Assembly: GCA_014905635.1 (NCBI GenBank)
Contig: JABVCE010000009.1
Location: 1-64,000 of the forward strand
Direction: 5' to 3'
DNA from: Scenedesmus sp. PABB004
Taxonomy: Eukaryota
DNA: 64,000 nucleotides
Shown here: in pieces, positions 43,267 to 56,599 of the stretch
How positions within the stretch are numbered: the first letter of the stretch is position 1
Layout: the number at the start of each line of letters is the position of its first letter
Translations under genes and position numbers: made by a program
The notes under the pieces: model-generated
Told to the model about the DNA's origin: nothing
The model's input: the letters and a program-made list of their open reading frames with translations, nothing else
Databases searched by the model: none

Positions 43267-45604
43267 ATGGGGAGCGAGCAGATCATGGACGGTCAGGCGC
43301 CAGCTCGGAGCGCGTCACCCGGCCACTGCGCGGGACTGGGAGCGCGCCGGCGCGGCGCGCGCCGGCCTCGCTCGACCTGCTGCTGCTGCCCCGGCCCCCG
43401 CGCCGCGCGCAGGCTTCTCCGCGACGCAGCTGTTCGGGCAGGGCGTGAGCTACACCTACGACGACGTCATCATGCACCCGGGCCACATCAACTTCGCCGC
43501 GCACGAGGTGCGGCGCCGGCAGTTGCGCCGGCGGCCGCTGCTCGCCCCCCGCGCCGCCGGCGGCGGCCCGCCGACGCGCCCGGCGCGCCGCCGCGCAGGT
43601 CGACCTGACGGCCAACGTGACCAAGAACATCAAGCTCCGCGTGCCGATCGTGAGCTCGCCCATGGACACCGTCACCGAGGCGGAGATGGCCGTCGCGATG
43701 GCCCAGGCGCGCCGGGGCGCCGCCGCCGCCCCGCGGGCGGCCCCGCGCCGGCGCCGCAGCGCGCCGCAGCGCCCGCCGCGCGGCCGCGTCGCCGCCGGCT
43801 CACGCGCCCGGCCGCATGCCCGCGCGGCGCTCTCCCTTGCAGGCGGGCGGCATGGGCTTTGTGCACTACAACTGCACCGTGGCGGAGCAGGTCGCGGCGG
43901 TGGCCAAGGTGAAGGCCCACATCCCGGGCTTTGTCGTCACGCCGGTCTGCATGAAGCCGACCGACCCCATCAGCGCGGTCGACGCGCTCAAGGTGCGCCC
44001 GCCCGCCCGCCCGCCCGCCCGCCAGCCCGCGGAGCTGCTGCGCCGCCCGCCTGGCTGCTGCGCCGCCCGCCTGGCTGCTGCGCCGCCCAGCGGCCGCGCG
44101 CGCCGGCGGCGCGTGGCGCGCGGCGCGTGGCGCCGGCCGGCGGCGGCCTCGTGCGCGCGCCCACACGGCTCCCCGCCGCGCGCCGCGGCAGGTGACCAAG
44201 AACTTCAGCAGCGTGTGCGTGACCGACACGGGCGCGCTCGGCGGCGTGCTGCTGGGCCTCGTCACCAGCCGCGACATCGACTTCGTGGCCGACCGCGGCA
44301 CGCCGCTGTCTGACGTCATGACCAAGTGAGCGAGCGCGCCCAAGGGGCCCCGACGACGCACGCCGGGCGCACAGCGCCGGGCAGGGGGCGGCTGGCACGG
44401 CGGCCGCCGCGCGCCGCGCGCTCCCTGACGCCGCGCGCGGCGCGCGGCGCGGGCGCAGGGAGCTCGTCACCGCGCCGCGCTCGACGACCGCCAAGGCCGC
44501 GGCGGAGGCGCTGCGGGCCAACAAGAAGGGCCGGCTGCCGATCGTGGACGAGGCGGGGCGGCTCGTCGGCCTCGCGACGCGCGCCGCGTTTGTCGCGGAG
44601 CGCCACCTGCCGCCGCAGGGCGCGCCGACGCTCGACGCGCAGGGCCGGCTGCGCGTCGGCGCCGCGACGGGCACGCGCGAGGGCGACAAGGCGCGCATCG
44701 CCGCGCTCGCGGCCGCGGGCGTGGACGCGGTCATCCTTGACTCCAGCCAGGGCGACTCGACGTACCAGCTGGAGATGCTGGCGCACATTAAGGCCGCCCA
44801 CCCGGGGCTCGACGTCATCTGCGGAAACGTCGTCACCTCGGCCCAGGCGCGCCGCCTGATCGAGGCCGGCGCCGACGGCCTGCGCGTGGGCATGGGCAGC
44901 GGCAGCATCTGCACCACGCAGGAGGTGCGCGCCGCCGCGGGCTGGCGGCCGTCGCCGCCGCCGTCGGGCGCACGGGCCGAGCGACGCGCGCCGGCCGCCG
45001 CGGCGCGTCCCGCGCTCACCCGCGCTCACCCGCGCCGCGCCGCGCCGTTTGTGCTGCCAGGTGTGCGCTGTGGGGCGCGGGCAGGCGACCGCGGTGTACC
45101 AGGTTGCGCGCGCCGCGGCGCAGCTGGGCGTGCCGATCATCGCCGACGGCGGCATCCAGAACAGCGGCCACATCTGCAAGGCCCTCGCGCTCGGCGCGAG
45201 CGCGGTCATGTGCGGCAGCCTGTTTGCGGGCACGTCCGAGGCGCCGGGCGACTACTTTTACATCAACGGCACACGCGTCAAGGCGCGGCGGGCCCGGGCG
45301 CCGCAGCGCGCGAGCACCGGCGCGCCCGCCGGCCGCGCGCCGCCACGCGCCGCCCGCGCGCCCCGCGCGCCGCGCCCCGCCCGCCTCTCAACTGTCGCCC
45401 CTTGTGCCCCCCCCCCCCCGCCCTGTCCCACCCGTCGGCGCGCAGAAGTACCGCGGCATGGGCAGCCTGGAGGCGATGGCCAAGGGCAGCGAGGCGCGGT
45501 ACCTCAGCGACACGCAGAACCTCAAGATCGCGCAGGGCGTGAGCGGCACGGTCAAGGACAAGGGCAGCGTGCGCAAGACGGTGCGCCGCCGGCCGGCCGC
45601 GCGC

Positions 45605-45638
<34 letters not shown>

Positions 45639-45898
45639 AGCCGCCGCTCGTGTGCTGCGCAAGGGGTGTGCCGCGCCGCCCACCCGCCCGCGCCGCCCGC
45701 GCGCGTCTCTGCCGCCCGCAGGTCCCCTACCTCGCGCAGGCCGTGCGGCAGGGCTTCCAGGACCTGGGCGTGGCGGACATCGCGGCCGCGCGCGCGGCGC
45801 TGGCCAACGGCACGATGCGCATGGAGTGCCGCACCGGCGCGGCGCAGGCCGAGGGCGGCGTGCACGACCTGCTCACGTATGAGAAGACACCCTGGTGA
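43267..45898 (+). CDS. IMPDH: Inosine-5'-monophosphate dehydrogenase (9 exons)
   Basis: [19 protein letters not shown] region, [36 protein letters not shown]. Confidence 0.98.
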
Positions 45899-46438
45899 TG
45901 TGGTCACAGCGCGTGCGCCGCAGCTGCAGCAGCGGCCGGCCGGACCGGGGGCGCATGCTGGCGCGCTGGCCGGCGGGGGTGGGCGGCGGCGGGGGGCGGC
46001 GGGCGGGGGCGGGCGGGGGGCGGGCGCGTGCGGCAGCTGGCGGCACTGAGACCACGCCCTCGCGACGCGGCCGCGCGGCTGCAGCCTCAGCGCGCGCGGC
46101 TGCGGATCTTGGACCCTTTTTGTGCTGCCAAGCCGGGCGTTTTTCATCGCGCGCCGGCCGTGATCCCTCACCGCCGATGCGGGCGTGCGTTGACTCAACA
46201 CATTCTGTCGCCGGGCCCGCGCCGGGGCCCTGGCGGAGGCCTGGCTGCGCGGGCCGATGGTGCCTCGCCCCTCCCGAGCGCGCTGTGTGTGTGTTCGCGC
46301 AACGGGCAGGGGCCTGGCCCCGGCGGCGCCGGCGCGTTGCAGGAGCGGCGACGAGGCTGGCGCGTGCGTGCCTCTGACTAACCATCGTGTCCCACGCTCC
46401 CGAGCCAGCAGCCAGGCAGCAGCAGCCCCGGCGGCGCG

Positions 46439-47941
46439 TCAGTTTGTGGGCAGCACGCTGAGGTTGACGCTGCTGCCCCGCCCCAGCTTCTTGTTGGCCG
46501 CGGCGGCGAGCTGCGCCTGCAGGAACATGTCCGCGCTGCCGGCGCCGGTCTGCTTGCCCTTGCCGAACGCGGCGGTGTAGTTGCTCTGCCGCGCGGGGCC
46601 GTCGCCGTCGCCGCCCGCGAGCGAGATGTGCGACCCGCGGCCCGCGACCTTGACCGCGGCGGCGGTGTCGCGCCCTGCGCACGCGGCGCGCCGCTGAGCC
46701 GGGGCTCCCTCGCGGGAGCTCCCGCTCGCGGCCAGCCCTGGCGGCGGCCCCGCACCGGTGAGCTGCCGCAGGGCGCCGGCGGTGCTCCCGGCCGCCGCCG
46801 CCGTCTGCCAGAAGCTCTCGACGTCGCTGTTGCGCGCGTCATTGCTCGTGGGCGCGGCGCCGGGCCGCCACCACGCGGCGGCGGCCAGGTCCTCCGCGCC
46901 GGTGCCCTTGGCGCCGGGCGTGGCCAAAGGTGAACGCGCAGGGCTGCTTGGCTGCGCCGGGATTGGAGCCTGTGGTGCGCGAGTAGCGGGAGGGCGCGAG
47001 TGACGAGTGAGCGAGCACCGTGCGGCGCGCTGCGCTCGCGCGGTGGCGGCCGGCGCCGCTCGCTCACAGGCCGCGGACTGGGCCAGTCGAGCTGCCGGTC
47101 CCGGCGCTCGGTCCAGGCCCGCTCCTGCTCCTCCTCCTGCTCCTGCTCCTGCGCTCCGCGTGAGCAGCAGCACCTCAAAGCCCTCCGGGTTGTTGCGCAG
47201 CTGCTCAAAGTACACGTGCTTGTGGGACTTCTGCGAGCGGCGGCGTGGGCGCGAGGCGCGCGCGCGGCGGCGGCCTGAGCGGCCAGTCGCCGCGGCGCGC
47301 GGGCCGGCCCGCGCCTGCGCGACGCACCTTGAGCCAGCACGCGTCGTCGTCGCCCGGGAAGAGCTTGCTCGCCAGCGCCGCCGCGCGCACGCGGTCGGCC
47401 TCGGGCAGCCCGTCGCCGTAGACGATGCTGGCGCTGAGCCCGGCGCCGGCGTCAAAGTTGTGGCGCGCAAAGCCGGCGAACGCGCGGGCCGCGCGGTCCG
47501 CCTTGTCGGCGCGCTGCACCGCCGCGCTGGCGGCGTACGCCGCAACCGAGCCCGAGCGGATGGGCTCCTGCTCGTCCCTCAGGTACGCCGGCGGCTGGCT
47601 CGTGCGCTGGCTCTTGCGCGGGGCTCAGCGTCGGCGTCGCTGCGCGCCATCGCCTCGGCGGGCGGCGGCAGCGTGACGCACACGCTGGCGGCAAAGCCGA
47701 GCGCCCGCACGCCGAGGCTCCACGCGCGGCCGCCGCCCGCCGCGCCGCCGCCGCTGCCGCTGCCGCTGCCGCTGCCGCTGCCGCTGCCGCTGCCGCTGCC
47801 GCTGCTGCCGCCGCGCGGGTCCCGCGCCGCGCCGCCGGCCGTCGCCGCCGCCGGCAGGGCATGCGGCAGGGCGCACAGCTGGGCGCGCGGCAGCGTGAGC
47901 CTGAGCCGCGCCGCGGCCGCCAGCCCCACACGCATCATCAT
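46439..47941 (-). CDS. Hypothetical protein (possible transit peptide, Gly-Ser repeat); model uncertain, may be two genes
   Basis: Coding-like segments (FARHNFDAG...ACWLK; KSHKHVYFEQLRNNPEGFEVLLL; SDVESFWQ; SADMFLQAQL) separated by GT-AG introns. Needs a frameshift near 47620. Confidence 0.4.
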
Positions 47942-48729
47942 CTCGCTCCTGCGGGCGCGGTCGGCGTGGCGCGGCGGTGTGCGAGCGTCACGGTTCGGGC
48001 GCGTGCCGCGTGGCTGCTGCGCGCGGCAGCCGAGACGGGCGCGGCGCCGGCGCGGCCCGCGACGCGGCGCCCCGCCCGCTGCCGCGGCGGCGCCGTGCGC
48101 GGCCAGCGCACGCCCTGCCCGCCCTCGAGAAGCACGGACGGCCTCTCCGCCACGCCTGGCGGCGGGCTGGGCACGCGCCTGCGGCCCGGCGCTGGTCTTG
48201 GAGCGGTCGCCGAGGTGAGGTCGTCTGCAGCGGGCGAGCGGGCGAGCGGGCGAGCGTGCGAGACCTTGGCGTGGTTCACGAGACGCTGGCAGCGGGGCGG
48301 CCGGGCGGGGCTGGGAGCGGCGTGGCCGGCCGGGCGGGGCTGGCAGGGCTTAGCGCGGCCCGCCATCCCGCCGGGCGGCAGGCCCGGGCGGGGAGCTGCT
48401 CTTGTGGTCCGCGCTGAGGGCGCCGAGGGCGCGCGTCGCAAGGGGACGCAGGCGTCATGCTGCGCGGGGCCCGGGCGCAGCCGGGGCGGCCGGCGGCGGC
48501 GCCGGCGCCGCTGGCTGCCCGCCGCGCGCCTCTCGCACTCGCTCGCGGCCGCGCTCTGAGTGGCGGGTTACCCGCAGAGCAGCAGCTCTCCGTCACAGCG
48601 CTCGATCACCACAGCCGCGGGCTGTCCGCTGCGAGGCGCTCGAGGTCCGGCCCCAGGTGCGCCGCGGCTCGCGCGTCGGCGTCGAGCCGCGCGAGCGCCG
48701 CCATCGGCGCCGCGCACCACTCGCCCGGG

Positions 48730-48763
<34 letters not shown>

Positions 48764-49082
48764 GCCGCGCGCCGCAGCGCGTGCAGCGCGCGCCGCAGCT
48801 GCCGCTGTGCGTGACGGCGAGGCTCGTGAGCTGCGTGAGCTCGCGCAGCCGGGCCACGTCGGCCACGCAGTCGGCGCCGGCGCTGAGCGGGGCGGGGCGC
48901 GCTCTCTGGCGCGGCTCGAAACAAGGCGCGTTGCGTCGCGAGCTGTGACGGGCGGCAGCGAACTGCTCGCGGCGTGGCGGACTCGCGGGGCGGTCACAAG
49001 CAGCGCGGCTGTAGCCCGAGTAGCGCGCGCGGCTGCAGCGCTGCTGCCCCGTCCGCTGCACTCCGCCCAGCGCGTGGCCCCG

Positions 49083-50787
49083 TCACTGCTGCTTCTCCTC
49101 GCCGCCATCGCCGCCGCCGGCGCCGGGCTCGCGCGCGGCGCCGCCGCCGCCGCCCGCGGCCGCGAGCGCCGCGGCGACGCCCGCGGCGGGCGGCTTGCTG
49201 AACTCGCGCTCCAGCTGCTCGGTGTGGTACAGTATGGCGGTGAGGGCCTCCGCCTCGCGCTCGCCCACGCCTGCGGTGAGCACGTCGAGGTCACGCTCGC
49301 CCGCCCAGAGCGCGAGCAGCGGGTCGCGCAGGCGCCACCCGACCTCCTCCAGCGTGCCCAGCAGCCCCACCGCCACGACGCCGCGCAGCTCCCGCTCGTC
49401 CACGTCGGCGTCGTCCAGCCAGGGCACCTGGGCGACCCCGCGGCGGTCGCGGCGGCGGCGGCGACGTGGCGCAGCCGCAGCGCGCGCGCGCCCGCGCAGC
49501 CGTCCGCGCGCCCGCGCAATCACGGCGGCGAGCCGCCGCGGCACGCAGCGCTCTCCTCGCCGCACCTTGGCGAGGACCTCGTAAATCTCATCCATGTCCT
49601 TCAGCTGCGCCGTCACCGCGTCCTGGTCGGCGTATCGCTCCTCCAGCGGGCTCAGCGTCAGTGCCTCGTCGTCGTCGTTGCCGCCCTCGCCCTCGCGGTC
49701 GCCGCCGTCGCCGCCGCCCGCGCCGCCCGCGCCGCGGTTGGCGTCGGCGATCTGCTGCGCGATCTCCGCGGGCGACTGCCGCGTCGTGCCCCAGCTGTCG
49801 CCGTCCGCCGCCGCCAGCAGGTGCTCCAGCTGCTCCCGCACCTGCTGGCCCACGGTCTGGCCGTGCGGCTGCCCCGGCGCGTCCGCCACGGCCGGCCGCT
49901 GCGCGGCCGCGGCCGCCTGCGCCGCGCCGCTGCTGCGCCCGCCCGCCTTGCCCGCCGAGACGAGGCGCTTTGCCGCCCTGACCAGCTTGGCGCGCAGCAG
50001 CTGCGCGTCGGTTCTTGGGGCCGACGTGTGCTGGTCCTCGCCGCCGCCCGCGTGCGCGGCCGGCCCGCGCGGCGCGGCGGCGCCGCCGCCGTGCTCTGGC
50101 CCCAGCAGCTCCTGCCAGTCGCGCCGGTCGGCCTCGGCGTCCCGGTCGCGCTGCGCGCGCCGCTGCGCCGCCACGCTGTCAGGGTGGACCTTGAGGCTGA
50201 TGCCGAGGGGCATGCCGCGCGACGACATGAGCATGCCCAGCGGGTCACGCATCGCGTACCGCGCGACGTGCTCCGGCAGCTGCGCCGCCTCGCGCGCCGC
50301 CGCGCCCGCGGCGACCGCCTCGCTCGCGCGCTCGATCGCCGCCTGCAGCGCCTGCAGCTGCTCCGTCGGCGGCGGCGGCGCCGCCGCGTCGCCGCCGCCG
50401 CCGCTGCCGTCGCGCTCGGCCGGCTTGTCGGCGGCGCCTTTGCTGGCTGCGTCGCCCTCCTCGTCGTCGCGGCCGCCGTGGTAGGAGTGCGCCGCGCCGT
50501 AGCGCGCCGCGGCGGGGCTGTGCAGCCAGCACTGCTGCAGCCCGCCCCGCAGCGCCGGCGCCGGCGGTGCCGCGCCGATGCAGCACTCCTGTGAGCGGTG
50601 GTCCAGGCGGTGCCGCAGCGCCCTCAGCACGTGGGGGCGGGGGCCGCCGCATGCGGCGCACGCGGCGGGCGCTGCCGCAGCAGCAGCAGCAGCAGCAGCG
50701 TCGGCGCACCTGCGCCGCGACCGGCCCGCCACGCGCCGCCAGCTGCTTAGCCAGCCCCGCCAGCGGTCGGGCCAGCGCTCGGGCCAT
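49083..50787 (-). CDS. Hypothetical, probably organelle-targeted protein (about 3 exons)
   Basis: MARALARPLAGLAKQLAARGG N-terminus, a long open exon, and C-terminal LEEVGWRLRDPLLALWAGERDLDVLTAG. Confidence 0.6.
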
Positions 50788-51331
50788 GGCACTGCTTCGG
50801 GCGACCGGCAGACCCGGCAGGAGGGCCGTCGCGGGCGGGGCGCGAGGGGCGGCGATGCCTGCGCTGCCGTGTGCTGCCTGCGGTGCGTGGGCCGATGACG
50901 CTGCAGCTACGAGGAGCCCAGATCGTGGGGGAGCCGGTAAGCGGCGCAGCGAAGGCCGGGCGGGAGCGTGCAGGTGGCAGGGCCGCGGTTTTCCGGCCTG
51001 CTGCTGTCAGCGCGCCGATCCAGTGCGCGGGGGCTGCATGGCATCGCCTCCACGCTTTCCCCCAGACGCCCACAACCCAGCATCCCCCCAGACACCGCCC
51101 GCGTGTGAACGCCGCCGACCGCCGCACGCCGCGCCGCCCGCTGCTGCCGCGCGCCGCGCGCCGCGCGCCGCGCGCCGCGCGCCGCCCGCCGCCCGGCTGG
51201 CCGCCCGGAGCAGCGCGCCCCGTCCGCCCCGGCGGCGGGGCGCGTGAGGAGCCGCCGTCCGCGCGGCCGCCGCCGCGCGGCGGGGGCGCCGCCGCACCTG
51301 CTGCTGCCGGCGGCGCCGGCGCCGCGGCGCC

Positions 51332-51782
51332 ATGAAGTTCGTCCTGGACGGCCTCACGGTGTACTTTCCCTATGAGTTCATCTACCCCGAGCAGTACCGG
51401 TACATGCTGGAGCTCAAGCGCGCGCTCGACGCCCATGGGCACTGCCTGCTCGAGGTGCGCCGCCGCCGCGCGGCCGCCGCCCAGCCCCGCGCGCGCCGGG
51501 CGGCGCGACGCGCGGCCGGTGCGGGCTGCAGCTCGGCGCGGGCTGCAGCCCGGCGCGCTCGCGGGGCTGCAGCCCGCGCCACGTGCGCACGCGCGTGCGC
51601 GCGCCGCAGATGCCCACGGGCACCGGCAAGACCATCACGCTGCTCTCCCTCATCACCAGCTACCAGCTGGCTCACCCAGAGGTGCGGCGCACGCGCCCCG
51701 CGCCTGCGCCCCGCCCCCCGCTGCGCGCGCCTGGGCCTGCGGCGCGTGCGCCCGTGGCATCCGCGGCCGCGGCGTGCGGCGA

Positions 51783-51813
<31 letters not shown>

Positions 51814-54800
51814 CAGTGCCAAGCTGACGCGTGCCGCGGCGCGCCGCGGGGGGCGCCGGCAGGTGGGCAAGCTGGTCTACTGCACGCGCACAGTGCCGGA
51901 GATGGAGAAGGTGCTGGCGGAGCTGCAAGTGCGCCGCCGCCGCCGCTAGGGGCGAGGAGCGGCTCGCTCGCTCGCGCCCCGGGCGGCGCCGGGGCGGGCG
52001 CGCCTCGTGAGGCTCGTCCTGGGCCCCCGCGTGGGGCCGGGGGCTCACTGCCCGTGCACGCGTGCCGCTCGCCCCGGCCGCTCACCCCCCACAGGAGCTG
52101 GTGGAGTACCGAAAGAAGTACCTCGGCCCCTCGCCGCCGCCCATCCTTGCGCTCGGCCTGAGCTCGCGCAAAAACCTGTGCATCCACCCCAGCGTCGCGG
52201 GTGCGCCGCGCGGCGGCGCGCACGCCCGGCCCCGCCCGCCGCAGCCGCCGGCCGGGCCGCGCCGCCGACCCGCCGACGCGGCCCGCGCCCGCCGCCCGCG
52301 CCCGGCAGAGGAGGGGTCGCGCGAGAGCGTGGACGCGGGCTGCCGGCGCCTGACCGCGAGCTGGGTGCGCGAGGCCGCGGCGGCGGGCGGCGACGTTGAG
52401 ACGTGCGGTTTCTTCGACGCCCACGAGAAGGCCGGCCAGGAGGCGCTGCTGCCGCCAGGTGCGCCGCGCCGTGCCGCGCGGCGCCTGCTCTGCCCTCGCC
52501 GCCGGCCGGCCGCCTCGCTCGCTCGCTCGCTCGCTCGCTCCCACCTCTCCCTCCTTCCCCTCCACGCCTCCCTCTCACGCGCACGCCCCGCTCTCGCCCC
52601 CGCTCCTCCCTGCCTCCCTCCCTCCCTGCCTCCCTCCGTCCCTGCCTCCCCCGCCACTCCCCCCCCCCCCTGGGGCAGGCGTGTACACGCTGCACGACCT
52701 GCGCGTGTACGGGCGCAAGGCGGGGTGGTGCCCCTACTTCCTCGCGCGCCACATGATGGCCTTTGCAAACGTGGTCGTCTACAACTACCAGTACATGATC
52801 GACCCAAAGGTCTCACAGGTGCGCTGCGCGCGTGGCGCGTGTGTGGACCGCGCAGCACACCAGCGGGACCGGGGGGGGGGGGGAGCACAGCACGCACAGC
52901 ACGCACAGCACGCACAGCACGCACAGCGCGCACAGCGCGCAGGTGCTTGCAGAGCGCGGCGCGGCAGAGTGCAGCGCGGCGGCGCAGAGCATGGCAGAGC
53001 CGGCTTGGAGTCGGGGGACCGGGGGCGCGTGGGGCACGCTTTGCGGGCTGAGAGGGTGCGTGTCTGGCGTGCGCGCGCAGATGGTGTCGCGGGAGCTCGA
53101 GAAGGAGTGCGTGGTCGTGTTTGACGAGGCGCACAACATCGACAACGTCTGCATCGAGGCCCTCAGCGTCAGCCTGCGCCAGCAGACGCTCAACGCCGCG
53201 CGCCGCAACATCACGCGACTCGAGGGGGTGCGAGCGCCGCGCGCGCACACAGGCGGGGGCCCGCGCGCGCGCGTCCCGCGGCCGTGCCGGCGCGGCGCCG
53301 CCGACCGCGCCGCGGCTGCGCCGGCGCTGCCGCGCAGGAGGTGCGCAAGGCGCAGGCGAGCACGCGCGCGCGGCTGGACGAGGAGTACCGCCGCCTGGTG
53401 GGGCACCTGGTGGAGGCGCAGCAGCTGCGCGGCGGCGAGGAGTGGCTGGCCAACCCGGCGCTGCCCGAGGACATCGTGGCGGAGAGCATGCCGGGTGGGT
53501 GTGGGTGTGGGTGTGGGTGTGGGTGTGTGGGGGGGAGGGGGTCTGCTCCGCGACGCACGCTGTCAGCCTGCGGCCTCGGCCGCCCGCCGCGGCCTTCTCC
53601 CGCCGCCCGCCGCCCGTCCTCACCCGTCACGCCGTGGGGCCCTGCCTCCCTCCCTCTCCCTCGCTCTCCCTCCCTCTCGCGTCCAGGCAACATCCGGCGC
53701 GCGGAGCACTTCATCGCCTTCCTGCGCCGCTTCATTGCGCACCTCGCGGAGCGCATGCGCACGCCGTCGGTCGTGAGCGAGGGCCCCGCCAGCTTCCTCG
53801 CGGGCGTGCAGGCCGCGGTCGCGGTGGACGCGAAGACGCTGCGGTGGGCAGGGGGGATGCGGCGGCGGCGCGCGGCGGGGCCGGGGTCGGAGCCTGCCGC
53901 CGCCGCCGCCGCTGCCGCCGCCGCCCGGCGCGCGCGCGCCCACGACCTTCCTCGCCCCGCTGCTCCCCCGCCGCAGCTTCTGCTACGACCGGCTCTCCAG
54001 CCTGCTCAAGGCGCTGCAGGCGCGCGCGGCCGCGGGCGGAGCTCGCCCGCGCGCCGCCCGCGCGCGCACGCTCGCACGCAGGCACGACACCCACAAACGC
54101 ACGCGCGCATTCTCACGCGCCCACGCGCGGCGCCACGTGCCGCGCCCTGGCCACAGGTGACCAACACCGACGAGTACGGGGCGCTGCAGCTCGTGGCCGA
54201 CTTTGGCACGCTGCTGGGGACGTACACGCGGGGCTTTGCCGTCATCATCGAGCCCTTTGACGAGCGCCTGCCACACATACCAGACCCCGTGCTGCAGCTC
54301 AGGCGCGCGGCGCGGCCGCGGCGCCGCCCCGGCCGCCGCCCCCCGCGCGCCCAACGCCCCCCGCCGCCGCCGCCGCCGCCGCCGCTGCCGCCGCCGCCGC
54401 CGTGGCACGCCCTCCGCCCGCGCCGCCTCACCGCCGCCTCCCTCCCGCCCGCCTCACCTCGCCCGCCCGCCCGCGCGCCGCGTGCCCGCGCCGCCGCGCA
54501 GCTGCCTGGACGCGAGCCTCGCGATGCGGCCCGTGTTTGGGCGCTTCCAGAGCGTCGTCATCACAAGCGGCACGCTGAGCCCGCTGCCTCTCTACCCGCG
54601 CATCCTTGACTTCCACCCCGTGGCCATCGCGAGCCTTAACATGACGCTCACGCGCGACTGCCTCTGCCCCGTCGTGCTCACGCGCGGCACCGACCAGGCG
54701 CGCCGGCGGGGGTTGGACGTTTCGCGGGCCGCGCCGCCGCCGAGCGCGCGGCGCGCGCGCGCGCGCTGCGCCTCAGGCGGCGCAGCGCACGCGTGCGGCC

Positions 54801-56333
54801 CCGCAGACCGCCGTGTCGACGCGGTACGAGCAGCGCCTGGAGGAGGGCAACCTGCGCAACTACGGGCGCATGGTCGTGGAGCTCGCGGGCGCGGTGCCAG
54901 ACGGCATGGTGGTCTTCTTTGTGTCGTACAGGTGTGACCCATTGGAGGCTTGGGTGTTGCGTGTGTGCTGCGCGTGTGTGTGAGGGTGGGGCAGCATGGG
55001 CTCGACCCCCACGGGCAGGCGCGGCGCGGTGCAAGCGCCGCGCCGCGAGGCCCCGCCCGCCGCACCGCGCTGAGCTCTACGCACCGCGCCAAACCCTGCC
55101 CCCGCAGCTACATGGATTACGTCATCGCGCGCTGGCACGAGGAGGGCCTGCTGGCGGAGCTGATGGACCACAAGCTCATCTTCATCGAGACACAGGCGAG
55201 AGAGGGTTTAGCTCTGGGGCTGGGAGAGCGGCCTGGCGCGAGAGAGAGGGGGGGGGGGGGCGGCGCGCGCGGGCCCGGGCGGCGTGGGCGAGCGGGCCGA
55301 CGCGCGCCGCCGCGCCGCGCCGCGCCGCCGCAGGACGTGCTGGAGACGACGCTCGCGCTGGACAACTTCCGGCGCGCGTGCGACGCGGGGCGCGGCGCGG
55401 TGTTCTTCAGGTGCGTGTGCGCGTGTGTGCTGTGTGTTGTGCTTCGTGAGGGCTGGCCGCCGCCCCGCCCCGCCCGCCCTCTCCTCCCCCTGCGCCGCGC
55501 CCCTCTCCCCTCCCCCCTCCCGCCTGCATCTCACGCCCTCCGGCCTCCCACACCCCACCACACACACACTAATCCACGCACGCACGCGCGCGCGCGCGCA
55601 GCGTCGCGCGCGGCAAGGTGGCTGAGGGCATCGACTTTGACCGCCACTACGGCCGCGCCGTGGTCATGATCGGCGTGCCCTACCAGTACACGCTCTCCCG
55701 CGTCCTCCGCGCCCGCCTCGACTGGCTGCGCGAGAGCTGCCAGATCGCGGAGGCTGACTACCTGGCCTTTGACGCGATACGCCAGGCCGCGCAGTGCGTG
55801 GGGCGCGTCATCCGGTCAAAGGCCGACTACGGCCTCATGGTGCGTGGGCGGGGCGTGTGGGTGGGCGTGGTTCGGGGGAGGAGGGGGAGGGCCTGCTGCG
55901 TGGTCAGCCCCGCGCGCGCGTCGCCGCCGCAACCTGCGCTCACGCACATGCACGCCCCCGCACACGCCCCCCCCGCCCCCGCCCACACACAAAACGCGCT
56001 GCGCAGGTGTTTGCGGACAAGCGCTACCAGCGCGCGGACAAGCGCGACAAGCTGCCGCGCTGGATCACCGCGCACCTCAGCGAGGCGCACATGAACCTGA
56101 GCACAGACATGCTCCTCGTCGTCGCGCGCGCCTTCATGCGCGCGATGGCGCAGCCCGTCGACGCCGCCGCCGCGCGGCGCGGGCTGCTCGGGCAGGACGC
56201 GGTCGATGCGATCTGGGAGCAGCAGCAGGCGCAGGCGCGGGCCGCGGCCGGCGGCGGCGGCGCGCCGGGCGGCGGCGGCGGCGCGGCGGCCGCGGCGGCG
56301 GCGCAGGGCGCGGCGCCGATGGAGGTGGGGTGA
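51332..56333 (+). CDS. XPD: TFIIH helicase XPD/ERCC2 (17 exons)
   Basis: [79 protein letters not shown]. Confidence 0.98.
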
Positions 56334-56599
56334 GGGCGGCGCGGCCGGTCGCGCGCGCGCGGCGCGGTGGGCCGCAGGCGCTGCCCCGCGCCCGTGCGCG
56401 CGCGCTGGCTGCCACGAGTTGGCTGCGGTTGCTGATGCGGCAGTTGCCGCAGCGCGGCAACTGGCGGCGAGTTGCGGCCGCCCGGGGCGCGGCTTACTTG
56501 CTCGGCGACCCGCGCGGCACGCGCCGCCAGCTCGCCCCCTGCGCCGCGCAACTAGGAGCCGGCCGCCCCACACGCCCCCGCTGAGACCAATCAAGCGCG

